Assembly (NCBI GenBank): GCA_963667725.2
Contig: CAXXHO010000005.1
Location: forward strand, 384,001 to 448,000
DNA from: Treponemataceae bacterium
GTDB taxonomy: Bacteria; Spirochaetota; Spirochaetia; Treponematales; Rectinemataceae
Direction: 5' to 3'
Length of the DNA stretch: 64,000 nucleotides
Part shown: one piece after another, positions 31,810-43,898 of the stretch
Position numbering within the stretch: position 1 is the first letter of the stretch
Layout: each line of letters starts with the position of its first letter
Position numbers and translations under genes: made by a program
Notes under the pieces: generated by a model
Told to the model about the DNA's origin: nothing
Databases searched by the model: none
What the model saw: only the letters and a program-made list of their open reading frames with translations

Positions 31810-33453
31810 TTAATACTTATGTACTCTATCTTCTATATTTTCTGGGATATCCAACAGTTTTATATTTTTAATTTGTGCATCACGATATTTTACTGAAAAT
31901 TCAAAGATATTGATATTAAAATATAAACCACCTTTGCAATATTTCTCATAAATTTTATGAATACCAATATGATACAATATAGAATTAACTAACAAAATCT
32001 CAGATCTTGAAATAGCTTTCGAATATACTTTATGATTAATTTTATTTTCTCTATAAAGATACCAAAACTTTATATTCTTATCTTTTATACACCATATTAA
32101 TAAAGGAACAACTGATAAAACATATATTATAGGTCGTGCAACATTGATAATGATTCTCTGAATGTGCCCTCTTTGCTTTCTAAATATGGTACTCAGTAAC
32201 TCCTAACGCATAAAGTGTTAGGATGGGAACGTGGGAAAATATAGAAGAATCACGAACAAAGATCGTGAAGAGATCACCGTTTACCTAAATCTTGGGAATA
32301 GCCAAGAGGCTATCGCTAAAATGATGGGTTTTTCACAGTCAACCATATCGCGTGAACTTAAGAAGGGACACGATAGAGGCTTCTATAACCCATTTCTCGC
32401 GCAGCGGACTACTGATAAGCGAGCAAAACGTAGAATCCCTGCGCTTAAGATAAATAGTCCAACATGGCAGGTGATCAAAAATCATCTTTCAATCCGTTGG
32501 TCACCGTTTCAAATAGCAGACTTCCTGCATACTTGTTCAAACGATGCTACAATAATAGCTGTGAGCGAGAAAACGATCTATAGCTACCTTCATTTTCATA
32601 TGAAGGGAGAACTGAAAAAGCTAGCGATTCTGGAGCTTCGTCAAAAGGGTAAAAAGCGTACAAAACGGGGTGAAGAAAAACGCGGAAAGCTTGCAAACAT
32701 TACGCTTATTGACGAAAGGCCAGAAGAAGTAGATTCAAGAGCCGTCCCTGGCCATTGGGAAGGCGATCTGATTATTGGGAAAGATCATAAATCAGCATTA
32801 AGCGTTATTGTCGAACGGCAAACACGATATGTTCTCATTGATCGACTTGAAGACTATTCAGCGGAAGAAGTCAGGAAAAGCATAGAGAAACGCCTTAAGA
32901 CAATAGAGCCAAAGCTTGTAAAGAGCTTAACCTGTGATCAAGGCAAAGAAATGGCGGAGCATGAAAAACTGGCTTGCAGAATAAAGATGAAGGTTTACTT
33001 TTGTCACCCCCATTCTCCTTGGGAAAAGGGAACCTGTGAAAATACAAATTTCTTAATTCGTGATATGCTCGATGGAGAAACAGACTTTAGGAATCTAACC
33101 CAACGAGATATTTCGCGTGTTGCTCGATTACTTAATGAACGGCCAAGGCAAACTCTTGGGATGGTACCTCCCAAGAAAAAATTCGACTGTTTATGCAATG
33201 AGAGTTACTGACAAACTATTGATTCATTGCTAATTACAATACATGGTTTCCCATTCTTACCTTTATGTAAATAGTAAGGGTCGAATGGCATATTAATACC
33301 AGGAAATACTTTAACTGTCTGTTTTTTTGCTATAATATAAATTGCATCAAGATTAGAAACATCTCCATTGTCAATTTGGCTTATCGTATTCTCAATTATT
33401 TTTTGTAGTCGTTCCTTATTATAATCTTCTGAATATATATAGAGATTGATCAT
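31810..33453 (-). pseudogene. Hypothetical cassette gene split by IS30
   Basis: Removing the IS restores frame ...NESIVCTIFRKQRGHIQR... Confidence 0.65.
32193..33211 (+). mobile_element. IS30-family element, copy 2 (transposase 32231-33211)
   Basis: Same length, IRs and protein as copy 1. Confidence 0.92.
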
Positions 33454-33520
33454 ATTTTCCTTTGAAATGTTTATTTATAACAGTGGTATTATATCTGATT
33501 GATTACTGCCCGTAGGGTCA

Positions 33521-33645
33521 ACCTAACATTGGCTTAACCTTTAAAGCCTGGCCCGAGCTACTGCGAGGGATTGGCGTGGTTTGTGCATGTGATTTCTGCA
33601 CAAACCATGACAAAAGGCTTTATAAGGTTGAAGCGTTTGTTCGAC
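33521..33645 (-). repeat. attC
   Basis: ACCTAAC...GTTCGAC. Confidence 0.9.
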
Positions 33646-33713
33646 GTCTTCTTCTTTACTTTTGATCTTGACATATCACTATAGTATCATTATTATGATA
33701 TTGGAGGCTAATT

Positions 33714-33971
33714 ATGCCAATCATTCGCCCTATCTCTGATCTTAGAAATAACTTCTCTACTATATCTGAAGCTGTACATACTGATAATGAACCAATCTTC
33801 CTTACAAAAAATGGTGTTGGCGATATGGTCGTAATGTCTTTAGACTATTATGAACGCCAACTCGCTAAAATTGAATTATATCAAAAACTTAATGATGCTA
33901 GATCTGAAATTGCTCATGGAGCCAAAGGCAAAAATGCTAAAGCGGTTCTTTCTAGCCTAATAACAAAATGA
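33714..33971 (+). CDS. Phd/YefM antitoxin (inverted in cassette)
   Basis: IRPISDLRN, EPIFLTKNG.GDMVVMS; promoter TTGACA-17-TATTAT 33668-33696. Confidence 0.88.
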   Translation: MPIIRPISDLRNNFSTISEAVHTDNEPIFLTKNGVGDMVVMSLDYYERQLAKIELYQKLNDARSEIAHGAKGKNAKAVLSSLITK

Positions 33972-34276
33972 GTAATCCTACTTACTCTGTATTAATCTAT
34001 CCTAGAGCAGAAAATGATCTTCTGGAAATAAAAGGATACTTTGAAAATACATTAAAAACGTCAGCAATTCCTTTATTCGAAAAGTTTTATTCACACATTG
34101 AAAGGCTTGAAGTAAATCCTCTTATTCATCCATTAGTGAAAGATGCCTATTTACATCAATTAGGCTATCGTATGATTCCAATCGATAACTTTCTGGTTTT
34201 CTATATTTTAAATGACAAAGAAGTACAAATTCACCGATTTTTATATGGAAAGAGAAATTATCTATCATTTTTGTAA
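33968..34276 (+). CDS. RelE/ParE-family toxin
   Basis: AENDLLEI, GYR...DNFLVFY, IHRFLYGKRNY. Confidence 0.85.
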   Translation: MSNPTYSVLIYPRAENDLLEIKGYFENTLKTSAIPLFEKFYSHIERLEVNPLIHPLVKDAYLHQLGYRMIPIDNFLVFYILNDKEVQIHRFLYGKRNYLSFL

Positions 34277-34324
34277 TTCATATAGCTGCTAAATATTTTC
34301 AACGGTTTTGCGCCGAAGGCGTCC

Positions 34325-36376
34325 GTCGAACATTGGCTTAACCTTTAAATCCGCGCCTGAGCTGGCGTTGTACAGTGCGCGGTATAGAAAATCTTGCTAA
34401 TACTCTATAAATAATAGAGTTATACGATTGCAGTCGAAAATCTTTTATACCGCAACAGGATCTCTTGCTACTGTAGCAAGAACTTTCTTTGGTAATTCAA
34501 TAGTTAAGCGCTTGAAAATGTCCTTCGCCTCGTCGGAAATATCAGAGCAATACCAGAGGCTTACATTGTCGCTCTCAATAAGCCCTGCAGTAACATCGGA
34601 CAGAACTTTTTCAATCTGGTACCACGACCGGTCCGCCATATTCTCTGCATACCGTACCAGCACCATGGCAAGCCAGCAAATAAGAATATGGCTTCGAATA
34701 CGATCATCAAGTCGGTGGTATATGGGACGAATATCCAAGGTGTTTTTCATATCCTTGAATACCCGCTCTATGGCCCAGAGCTGCTTATAGCCGGCAACAA
34801 TATCGGCAGCATCCAGCTTCATGCTGGACGTCGACACTAGAAACTTGCCATCAAGGAGTTCCTCTGAGGCTATCTTGGCGGTGTCGAGGTGCAAGACACC
34901 CTTCGTATCCTGCCTAATGTATCTGCCATAGGCGGAATGAGAGCGTAGCGCACACGCCGCTTTCGTGTGTGCTTTCCCCGTATACTGCGACAGTTCATCA
35001 AGCTTGCGCTTCGTAGCATCGACGATTTGTTCGCGTATGACATGGTCGCGCGTTTCGGCTTCCGGATTCTTGACGATGATGAATCGGCGCTCCGTGGCTT
35101 TCCCTGCATCGAGGACGACATCTTTAATCGCGAGGCCACTTTCCAGGATCCTGAATCGCCCTTTCCGGTGTAGGGCTTCTACCGCGGCGCCATCGGTACC
35201 AACGCGGAGCTTTTCGCCGATGATATAGTCACCGCATTCCCGTAAAAGGATTCTTCTGTTGTCGGCACTATTGAATCCTGCATCTTGGACCATGACGACA
35301 TGACCAAGATTCCACTGTCCTAGATCACCTTTCACCTGCTCGACGATCGTCTGGTCGCTCGTGTTGCCCGGGAATACCCAGCAGCGAATAGGAATGCCGC
35401 TACGCGTCACCGCAAAGGCAATCGAAACCAAGGGTAGCTCGGGGTGCCCATCCTTGCTGTGGCCACGTTTTAAGAGTCCCGAGCTGGAAGCATCTTCATC
35501 GGTCTCGAAATAGGTGTTCGTCGTATCAAGAAAGATAAGATCCACATCAAGGTGGGCATTCTTTGATACTTCGGTAAATATGTGCTTCTGGAGTTCTTCG
35601 CTCGACTCCACAAGAAGATCCATCGCCCGGTAAAGATTGTGAACATCGACGTTCACAAGATCCCTGATATATGCTTTCTTTGAAACCCAGTGTTCAAGAG
35701 AAAGCTTCGAACCCGGAGCCAGGATCCTGCCTGCAACCATGGCAAAGCAGAGCCGTTCGACGGGTGTGGCGAACTGGCGTTCGTTAAGAAGCCCTTTGAT
35801 AGCCTTTGCCATGCCAAGACGATTCCATAGGGCATCTAGAAGCCAGGTGCCCCCAAGCTCCCGACTTGAATGGAAGTCAAATCCGGCGGGGACTTCAGAA
35901 GGATATTCGCCTAAGACCGCAGACAGTGCCTTGATGATCGCCTGGATGTAGGAAGGCTCGATCTGATCTTCCCGTCCGAGCTTCATAAGGACATTGGTTT
36001 TGGTCTTTCCTGTTTCCTTGACGCGGTAGTTGTGCACAAGTTGAAGGTACGTATAGGTACCGCCTTGAGCATTCTTTAGGGTACATTTCCGTACGTTCAT
36101 TATACCGCTAATTATACAACATAGTGTTTTATCTGTAAAGTTTTATTTCGAATATTTATAAATATCTTATACCGCATTTGCATCATGCTTTTTGTACAGT
36201 CCGTTTTTAGTTATTTGTTGTCAGTATAATATATTAAGCTGCTTTATTGCTTACTGTATTATACCACACGCTGTACAACGTCAGCTGAGCAACTGCGAAG
36301 GCTTGGCTTGGTTTGTGCATGGGAATTCTGCACAAACCATGCCAAAGGATTTATAAGGTTGAAGCAGTTGTTAGGC
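34325..36376 (-). repeat. attC split by IS1634 A
   Basis: Arms 34325-34361 and 36285-36376. Confidence 0.88.
34362..36284 (-). mobile_element. IS1634-family element A, copy 3 (transposase 34445-36100)
   Basis: IRs; 5-bp TSD CTGAG. Confidence 0.93.
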
Positions 36377-36381
36377 GCTTT

Positions 36382-37137
36382 TTAATTAGCTTTATTTACG
36401 ATTCCACGTTTTTTCAATATTTCTTCTCTTTGCTTCTTTATTTCTTCTCTTGCTTCTTTTTTTCCAGTTTCACTAGTTTTTTTTGTTGCAGATTCAATAA
36501 TATTTTTCGCCATCTTAATAAGATCTTCTGTAACCTCAGGCTTTATTTTCCATTTGTCAAACCAATGTCCTAACGCTATGGGATTGACTTGAGATATATC
36601 AACTGCTCCATACTGTACCCGATATACCACAACATGCTGTAGTTTTTGCTGAAACCCTTTTGAAATGATTGTATACCGCCAATACCAAACATCACATCGA
36701 CACAAAAAATTACCATCAGGATATATTATATACTGTTTATACTGATGCTCTTCATATCCACCAGTTCCTAAAACAGTATCTAGTCCAACTTGAACTAATG
36801 TTTTTATAAAATCACCAACAGTTTTTGCACTTGCCTCATTACCAAGTGCAAATGAAAAATCAACAATTTTCCCAATTGATTCAGAGATAGGTGACGACTC
36901 AATATTTGCAATAACATGCATTTGTTCATCTTGAAAATCTTTAGTACTTCCCGGAGCAAGACAATCATCATTTGCCTTTTCCCATGAATCTTTCATTTCA
37001 TTTTTAAATTCTGCTAACTTTGCTTGTGCAAGTTTTATAAGAACATTCATCATCTCTTTAAGTTGTGCTTCTACTTCTTTTGAAGTATCAAGGTCTCTTA
37101 CAAATTTTGCTGCTGCACCCATACTACTCTCCTTCAT
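36382..37137 (-). CDS. Hypothetical protein
   Basis: 251-aa ORF filling a cassette; start may be MGAAAK. Confidence 0.75.
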   Translation of the reverse strand: MKESSMGAAAKFVRDLDTSKEVEAQLKEMMNVLIKLAQAKLAEFKNEMKDSWEKANDDCLAPGSTKDFQDEQMHVIANIESSPISESIGKIVDFSFALGNEASAKTVGDFIKTLVQVGLDTVLGTGGYEEHQYKQYIIYPDGNFLCRCDVWYWRYTIISKGFQQKLQHVVVYRVQYGAVDISQVNPIALGHWFDKWKIKPEVTEDLIKMAKNIIESATKKTSETGKKEAREEIKKQREEILKKRGIVNKAN

Positions 37138-37217
37138 CTCAATTTGATTTTCGAAAGAAGAATAATAATCACGAAAGGTCCTCCTTTATCTTTCTTATAA
37201 TGTAGCCCGAAGGGTCC

Positions 37218-37342
37218 GCCTAACATTGGCTTAACCCTTAACGCCTGCTCCTGAGCGAAGCGAAGGATTGGCGTGGTTTTTGCGTGATCTTCTCGCAAAA
37301 ACCATGACAAAAGGCGTTATAGGGTTGAAGCATTTGTTAGAA
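37218..37342 (-). repeat. attC
   Basis: GCCTAAC...GTTAGAA. Confidence 0.9.
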
Positions 37343-37425
37343 ATCTTCCTTTTGTCTCTCAATGTCTTTTATAATTGTCTTCGATAAATGTCTTCTTCTT
37401 TCTCTATATTTTAAGTTTCTTCTCT

Positions 37426-37776
37426 TTATTCAATAATATCTTCTTTATTCTCATATTTAATATAATCTTCTCTTCTTGGGCTAAAGACTTCTATTGCTAC
37501 TGAATCTTCAAGTATTTCTGCCTTATGGTTAACATTTGATATTATTGTCCAACTATCACCTGGATGTAGTACTTTAGATTTTCCATCAATAAAGAGCCTA
37601 ATGCTGCCTTTTACGAGATATCCAGTCTGTTCATTTATATGTTTATGTTCAGGAAGTGAAGCATCCTTTTTAAGAATAAACTCAACCATTAATGATTTTT
37701 CACCATAATTTATAGTTTTAATACTGATACCATCAAGTATTTCTTTGTATCCATTTTGTGATTCAGTACCAAACAT
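37426..37776 (-). CDS. Cupin-domain protein
   Basis: LPEHKHINEQTGYLVKG, PGDSW, VFSPRREDY. Confidence 0.88.
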   Translation of the reverse strand: MFGTESQNGYKEILDGISIKTINYGEKSLMVEFILKKDASLPEHKHINEQTGYLVKGSIRLFIDGKSKVLHPGDSWTIISNVNHKAEILEDSVAIEVFSPRREDYIKYENKEDIIE

Positions 37777-37849
37777 ATGCGTTTCTCCATTAGGTAGATT
37801 TCTAATCATTTCAATGAATAGCTATAATTCTTCCTGCGCGGGAGCGTCT

Positions 37850-37998
37850 TTCTAACATTAGCTTAACCCGCGAACGCGCCCTGCTACTGCAGGTTGGCGC
37901 TAGGCTTGCTGCTCTCATTTGCCCATCTTACATTTGTGTATATTCAAGCCTGCAAGCATTGTGCCAAAGCGTGAGTCGGGTTGAAGCAGGTGTTAGGT
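37850..37998 (-). repeat. attC, divergent long variant
   Basis: TTCTAAC..GCTTAACCCG....CGGGTTGAAGC..GTTAGGT, different centre. Confidence 0.8.
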
Positions 37999-38016
37999 TG
38001 ATAGTATTAATACTAT

Positions 38017-38763
38017 TTATGATACAGCCATTAACAACATACCAGGTACGTATAATATCCATGTTGCAAAGAATGCAATATCTTCAAGACCCTTTATATG
38101 AAGGTTATAAATTAGTCCGATTAATTCCATTACAAAGACTAATGTTGCTCCTACAGCAATTAATATACCCTTTTCTTTAGCGTATATATTGTTCTTGAGC
38201 GTTGCCCAGCCAGTCCACAATACTGTAACCAAGCATAATCCATATCCTACACCGAGACCTAGTAATCCAAATTGATTAAGGCTTTTCCCTAGTATTATCA
38301 AAAGAGCTATAAATGGAATATAGAAATATAATCCAAATAGAATTCCCTTCTTATTCAATTTTCCATCAACTTTGAGATAATTAAAGAAATTAGCATTACT
38401 TATTGATATCAATAACAATGCAGGAATGAATAAATAACCGCCTATTGCAAATACTTGTGCATCTGAATAGATTTTATATGTATTCAATAAGACCGCAACA
38501 TCCCCCAAAAATGCAAGGAAAAACCCTAGCCAGCGCAGTAGATCCTTGATAGTTCTCTTATTCAATATCCATGCATAGAAAGTAATAAATGCACATGAAA
38601 ATGATGCAAGCCCCTTAAGATATATAGTTACAGCCGATCGAGTGCCGTTAAGATATGCGATTATATCTAGCGTTACAAAACACGCCCACAATAGGATAAC
38701 AATCATAGAGAGTACTTTAAGCTTTTGATTAATCACCTGAGGCCTTTTCACATATGTTTCCAT
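38017..38763 (-). CDS. Multi-pass membrane protein (YhhN-like)
   Basis: About 8 TM segments, LAFLGDV motif. Confidence 0.6.
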   Translation of the reverse strand: METYVKRPQVINQKLKVLSMIVILLWACFVTLDIIAYLNGTRSAVTIYLKGLASFSCAFITFYAWILNKRTIKDLLRWLGFFLAFLGDVAVLLNTYKIYSDAQVFAIGGYLFIPALLLISISNANFFNYLKVDGKLNKKGILFGLYFYIPFIALLIILGKSLNQFGLLGLGVGYGLCLVTVLWTGWATLKNNIYAKEKGILIAVGATLVFVMELIGLIYNLHIKGLEDIAFFATWILYVPGMLLMAVS

Positions 38764-38798
38764 AATTACCCTCGATTATGTTTACTAATATTTATTCA

Positions 38799-38923
38799 AC
38801 CTAACATTGGCTTAACCCTTAACGCTTGTTCCTGAGCGAAGCGAAGGATTGGCGTGGTTTTTGCGTCATCTTCTAGCAAAAACCATGACAAAAGGCGTTA
38901 TAGGGTTGAAGCATTTGTTAGAT
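38799..38923 (-). repeat. attC
   Basis: ACCTAAC...GTTAGAT. Confidence 0.9.
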
Positions 38924-38928
38924 TTTAA

Positions 38929-39528
38929 TTATTTCTTTACCAATTCATATTTTACATTATTAATCATTGTCTTTCCTCTTTGACTGTTCCCTTTATACTC
39001 TGCCCCATTCTTTAATATTTCTATCATTTTTCCTTTATCTATTATCGCCTTATATTGAACTTCACTTGGATCCTTTGAATTTCCATCAAAGGTAGCTTCA
39101 AATACTATTGTAAACTTGCCATCAGTTACTGCCTTACCATTATCATCTGTAAAATCCCAATAATATTTTTGCTCACCAGTCTTTGGTGTTGCTCCACTTA
39201 TTAGGTCAACTTGTTTTTTCCCAATTTTGCTAATATTTGATTTCTTTACCCATACAGGAATCGCTTCAGGTCTAGTTTTCCACCCTTTTGTAGCTGTAAA
39301 TTTTGTGACATATATTGTCTTTACATATTCGCCATTTTCATTTTCAACCCATATAGCATATTGATTGCTACTAAAGCCAGAAACTTTAGAATAAAGAAAT
39401 GATATTTCTATGCTTTGGTTATCCTTATTTTGAGCATAGATGATACTAGTACTCAATAGAAGCATTATAGCAATTAGAACAAATACCTTATCCTTAGATT
39501 TTCTTATAATACGCATAATTCCCCTCAC
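38929..39528 (-). CDS. DUF2271-like exported protein
   Basis: SNQYAIWVEN..GEYVKTIYVT, ISGATP, WDFTD. Confidence 0.75.
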   Translation of the reverse strand: MRGIMRIIRKSKDKVFVLIAIMLLLSTSIIYAQNKDNQSIEISFLYSKVSGFSSNQYAIWVENENGEYVKTIYVTKFTATKGWKTRPEAIPVWVKKSNISKIGKKQVDLISGATPKTGEQKYYWDFTDDNGKAVTDGKFTIVFEATFDGNSKDPSEVQYKAIIDKGKMIEILKNGAEYKGNSQRGKTMINNVKYELVKK

Positions 39529-39665
39529 AATTTATTATTCTAGTATATTCAATATAACTCATGCGTTTTGTAAAACTAGCATCTTGTTACTATTTTGTTG
39601 GAATAAATGTATATACTTTCTTTTACCAAAGAAGAAAATCTTTTACAGAGTTAGTTATTCAATAA

Positions 39666-39788
39666 ATCTAACATTGGCTTAACCTTTAAATCCGCGCCTG
39701 AGCGTAGCGAAGGCTTGGCATGGTTTGTGCATTGTTGTTCTGCACAAACCATGCCAAAGGATTTATAAGGTTGAAGCATTTGTTAGAT
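39666..39788 (-). repeat. attC
   Basis: ATCTAAC...GTTAGAT. Confidence 0.9.
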
Positions 39789-39802
39789 TTTATTATTTCT
39801 TA

Positions 39803-42444
39803 GGGGCTGTACTAGATAAAATCAGATGTTATACTTAAATAGTGATCATAAGTCATTGCAGGTTAATGAAAAGAACACAAGAAAGACTCCTCGAATTTTT
39901 TGTGCTAGAAGTAACTGCTAGATCTGCTGCAAATATACTAGGAATTCATCCTAATTCTGCAGCTCTTTTCTATCGGAAAATTCGTCAAGTTATTGCCTTC
40001 TATTTAGCCCTGGAAGCAGCAGAAGTATTCAATGGCGAAGTAGAAATCGATGAAAGCTACTTCGGTGGAGTTCGCAAAGGGAAACGAGGCCGAGGCGCTG
40101 CTGGGAAAGTAGTCGTCTTTGGCATGTTAAAGCGCCATGGCAAGGTTTTCACCGTTGTTGTGGAGAATACCAAGACAAAGACCCTAATGAACGAAATTGC
40201 CCGTAAAATCAAGCCAGATAGTGTTGTCTATTCTGATCTGGCGTTGTACAGTGTGTGGTATAAAGCAGCAAGTAATAAAGTAGCTTAATATATTATACTG
40301 ACAACAAATAACTAAAAACGGACTGTACAAAAAGCATGATACAAATGCGGTATAAGATATCTATAAATATTCGAAATAAAACTTTACAGATAAAACACTA
40401 TGTTGTATAATTAGCGGTATAATGAACGTACGAAAATGTACCCTAAAGAATGCTCAAGGCGGTACCTATACTTACCTTCAACTTGTGCACAACTACCGCG
40501 TTAAGGAAACAGGAAAGACCAAGACCAATGTCCTTATGAAGCTCGGACGGGAAGATCAGATCGAGCCTTCCTACATCCAGGCGATCATTAAGGCATTGTC
40601 CGCGGTCTTGGGCGAATCTTCTTCCGGGACGTTTGCCGAATTTGACTTCCACGCAAGCAGGGAGCTTGGCGGCACCTGGCTTCTCGATGCTTTGTGGAAT
40701 CGACTCGGCATGGCCAAGGCTATCAAAGGGCTTCTTAAGGAACGACAGTTCGCCACACCCGTTGAACGGCTCTGCTTTGCCATGGTTTCAGGAAGAATAC
40801 TCGCTCCGGGTTCGAAGCTTTCTCTTGAGCACTGGGTTTCAAAGAAAGCCTTTATTAAAGACCTTAACGAGGTAGACGTTCATAATCTTTATAGGGCGAT
40901 GGATCTTCTTGTGGCGTCGAACGAGGAACTCCAGAAGCAGATATTCACCGAAGTGTCGAAGAATACGCATCTCGACGTGGATCTCATCTTCCTCGATACG
41001 ACGAACACCTATTTCGAGACCGATGAAGATGCTTCCAGCTCGGGACTCTTAAAACGTGGCCACAGCAAGGATGGGCACCCCGAGCTACCCTTGGTTTCGA
41101 TTGCCTTTGCGGTGACGCGTAGCGGCATTCCTATTCGCTGCTGGGTATTCCCGGGCAACACGAGCGACCAGACGATCGTCGAGCAGGTGAAAGGTGATCT
41201 AGGACAGTGGAATCTTGGTCATGTCGTCATGGTCCAAGATGCAGGATTCAATAGTGCCGACAACAGAAGAATCCTTTTACGGGAATGCGGTGACTATATC
41301 ATCGGCGAAAAGCTCCGCGTTGGTACCGATGGCGCCGCGGTAGAAGCCCTACACCGGAAAGGGCGATTCAGGATCCTGGAAAGTGGCCTCGCGATTAAAG
41401 ATGTCGTCCTCGATGCAGGGAAAGCCACGGAGCGCCGATTCATCATCGTCAAGAATCCGGAAGCCGAAACGCGCGACCATGTCATACGCGAACAAATCGT
41501 CGATGCTACGAAGCGCAAGCTTGATGAACTGTCGCAGTATACGGGGAAAGCACACACGAAAGCGGCGTGTGCGCTACGCTCTCATTCCGCCTATGGCAGA
41601 TACATTAGGCAGGATACGAAGGGTGTCTTGCACCTCGACACCGCCAAGATAGCCTCAGAGGAACTCCTTGATGGCAAGTTTCTAGTGTCGACGTCCAGCA
41701 TGAAGCTGGATGCTGCCGATATTGTTGCCGGCTATAAGCAGCTCTGGGCCATAGAGCGGGTATTCAAGGATATGAAAAACACCTTGGATATTCGTCCCAT
41801 ATACCACCGACTTGATGATCGTATTCGAAGCCATATTCTTATTTGCTGGCTTGCCATGGTGCTGGTACGGTATGCAGAGAATATGGCGGACCGGTCGTGG
41901 TACCAGATTGAAAAAGTTCTGTCCGATGTTACTGCAGGGCTTATTGAGAGCGACAATGTAAGCCTCTGGTATTGCTCTGATATTTCCGACGAGGCGAAGG
42001 ACATTTTCAAGCGCTTAACTATTGAATTACCAAAGAAAGTTCTTGCTACAGTAGCAAGAGATCCTGTTGCGGTATAAAAGATTTTCGACTGCAATCGTAT
42101 AACTCTATTATTTATAGAGTATTAGCAAGATTTTCTATACCGCGCACTGTACAACGCCAGCTGATGCCTATCACAGTTACGATGCATTGGATGTTAGTGA
42201 ATTCCATCATCATCGAATAAATCATTCAGATGTATTTGTTGATGAAAAGAATCACATCAACGGAATAGAAAACTTCTGGAACCAGGCCAAGAGAGTCTTA
42301 AGAAAGTACAATGGAATAGACAAGAAATATTTCTATCTGTTCCTGAAAGAATGTGAGTTCCGATTCAACTATGGAACACCAAAGAATCAACTTAAAATTC
42401 TTAGAAAATGGTGCTCAATCTAGACTTTTATCTAGTACAGCCCC
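39803..42444 (+). mobile_element. IS1595-family (IS1016-like) element, interrupted by IS1634
   Basis: IR GGGGCTGTACTAGATAAAA; 8-bp TSD ATTTCTTA; transposase halves 39842-40237 and 42161-42423. Confidence 0.92.
40238..42160 (+). mobile_element. IS1634-family element A, copy 4 (transposase 40422-42077)
   Basis: IRs; 5-bp TSD CTGAT. Confidence 0.93.
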
Positions 42445-42476
42445 ATTTCTTATATATAATTTTTAGCTATTGTTTT

Positions 42477-42818
42477 TCATGGTTTTAAATATGCATACCC
42501 TTCAAGTTGTTTCTCAATTATTTCTTTAACCCCAATAGGAACTACTTTTACAAATGCATATAACATTCCCTTTTCAATTTTTAAGCTATTTAATGCATTG
42601 TTACATGCTATGATGCTTATGCCTTTTCCCCCTAATTCTTCAAGACTAGTATTATCAAATCCTGCATCTTGCTTATAACGTAAAACAGCTTTTGAGTTTG
42701 CTACTATCTCTACTTCTGAATCTTCAATGTTGATGCCCTTAACCAAATTTTTTACATTGGTTATTAACAAATCCCACTTTTCCATTTCATCAATATGAAA
42801 TACTGCTTTAATCTTCAT
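42477..42818 (-). CDS. DsrE-family protein
   Basis: VFHIDE, EIVAN, ACNNAL, Q.EGYAYLKP. Confidence 0.85.
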   Translation of the reverse strand: MKIKAVFHIDEMEKWDLLITNVKNLVKGINIEDSEVEIVANSKAVLRYKQDAGFDNTSLEELGGKGISIIACNNALNSLKIEKGMLYAFVKVVPIGVKEIIEKQLEGYAYLKP

Positions 42819-43043
42819 TTTCTTCTCCTCATTCTCGTTGCCTATAGATTTTCACATCAACAAGTATTATTTCACAATATCATAATATTTGCATATTAAG
42901 TCTATCTATCTTATAATAATGAATAACTAAATTTTCTACTGAATGCATTAATATGAATAATGATTTCTATTCCATTGTAAACAATAGCCATAACATTTAT
43001 CTACCAAAGCAGCCAATCTTTTTCAGAGTTAGTTATTCAATAA

Positions 43044-43192
43044 ATCTAACATTGGCTTAACCTTTAAAGCCTGGCCCGAGCGGCGTTGCGTAGCAACGAT
43101 GCGAGGGATTGGCGTGGTTTTTGCGTAAAGGAGCGTAGCGACTCGCAAAAACCATGACAAAAGGCTTTATAAGGTTGAAGCACTTGTTAGAT
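43044..43192 (-). repeat. attC (extended inner hairpins)
   Basis: ATCTAAC...GTTAGAT. Confidence 0.9.
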
Positions 43193-43197
43193 GGTTC

Positions 43198-43710
43198 TTA
43201 CTTGCTCTCTATTATATGCTTTTTTAGCTCTTCCCCTAATGTATCGATTAGATTTTTAATGCTTGGTGTTATAAATTCAGTTTCAGCTTTAAATATTGCG
43301 ATAATTTGATTCTTATTATCAATTATTCTAATAATTGCTCTATCTGCAATATATCCAACTAATGGATCATATCGAATATTTCCAATAGAAAACTCAAATT
43401 TTGCATCTGCATGATTATTTTTATCTACTATATTTAATCCTATACTTAATAATTCAAATTGCATCATTTCTAAAGCTTGTACTGCTTGCTGTTGAACATC
43501 TTCAAAACTCGCCATGTTCATTTTATCGGCATCATTGTAATTTAGTATCATTATTCCAGAGCTATTTACTAAATATAACTCTACATTTCTTATACTTGTG
43601 ATATCCTTTTTTATCACTGTCTCAGATGTTGATGCACAGCTAATTAAGAGCATTAAGCAAAACATAAGGTAAATCCTTAATAAATTTTTCATCAAATACT
43701 CCATAAACAA
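43198..43710 (-). CDS. Hypothetical lipoprotein
   Basis: LLISC lipobox; start uncertain. Confidence 0.65.
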   Translation of the reverse strand: MFMEYLMKNLLRIYLMFCLMLLISCASTSETVIKKDITSIRNVELYLVNSSGIMILNYNDADKMNMASFEDVQQQAVQALEMMQFELLSIGLNIVDKNNHADAKFEFSIGNIRYDPLVGYIADRAIIRIIDNKNQIIAIFKAETEFITPSIKNLIDTLGEELKKHIIESK

Positions 43711-43764
43711 TTTACATTTTATTAAGCCTTTATAAACTTGACTTAATCAATAATTATTACATCC

Positions 43765-43887
43765 ATCTAACATTGGCTTAACCTTTAAATCCGCGCCTGA
43801 GCGAAGCGAAGGCTTGGCGCGTTTTGTGCATTGTTGTTCTGCACAAAACGTGCCAAAGGATTTATAAGGTTGAAGCTTTTGTTAGAA
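43765..43887 (-). repeat. attC
   Basis: ATCTAAC...GTTAGAA. Confidence 0.9.
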
Positions 43888-43898
43888 GTCTTTTTTTA

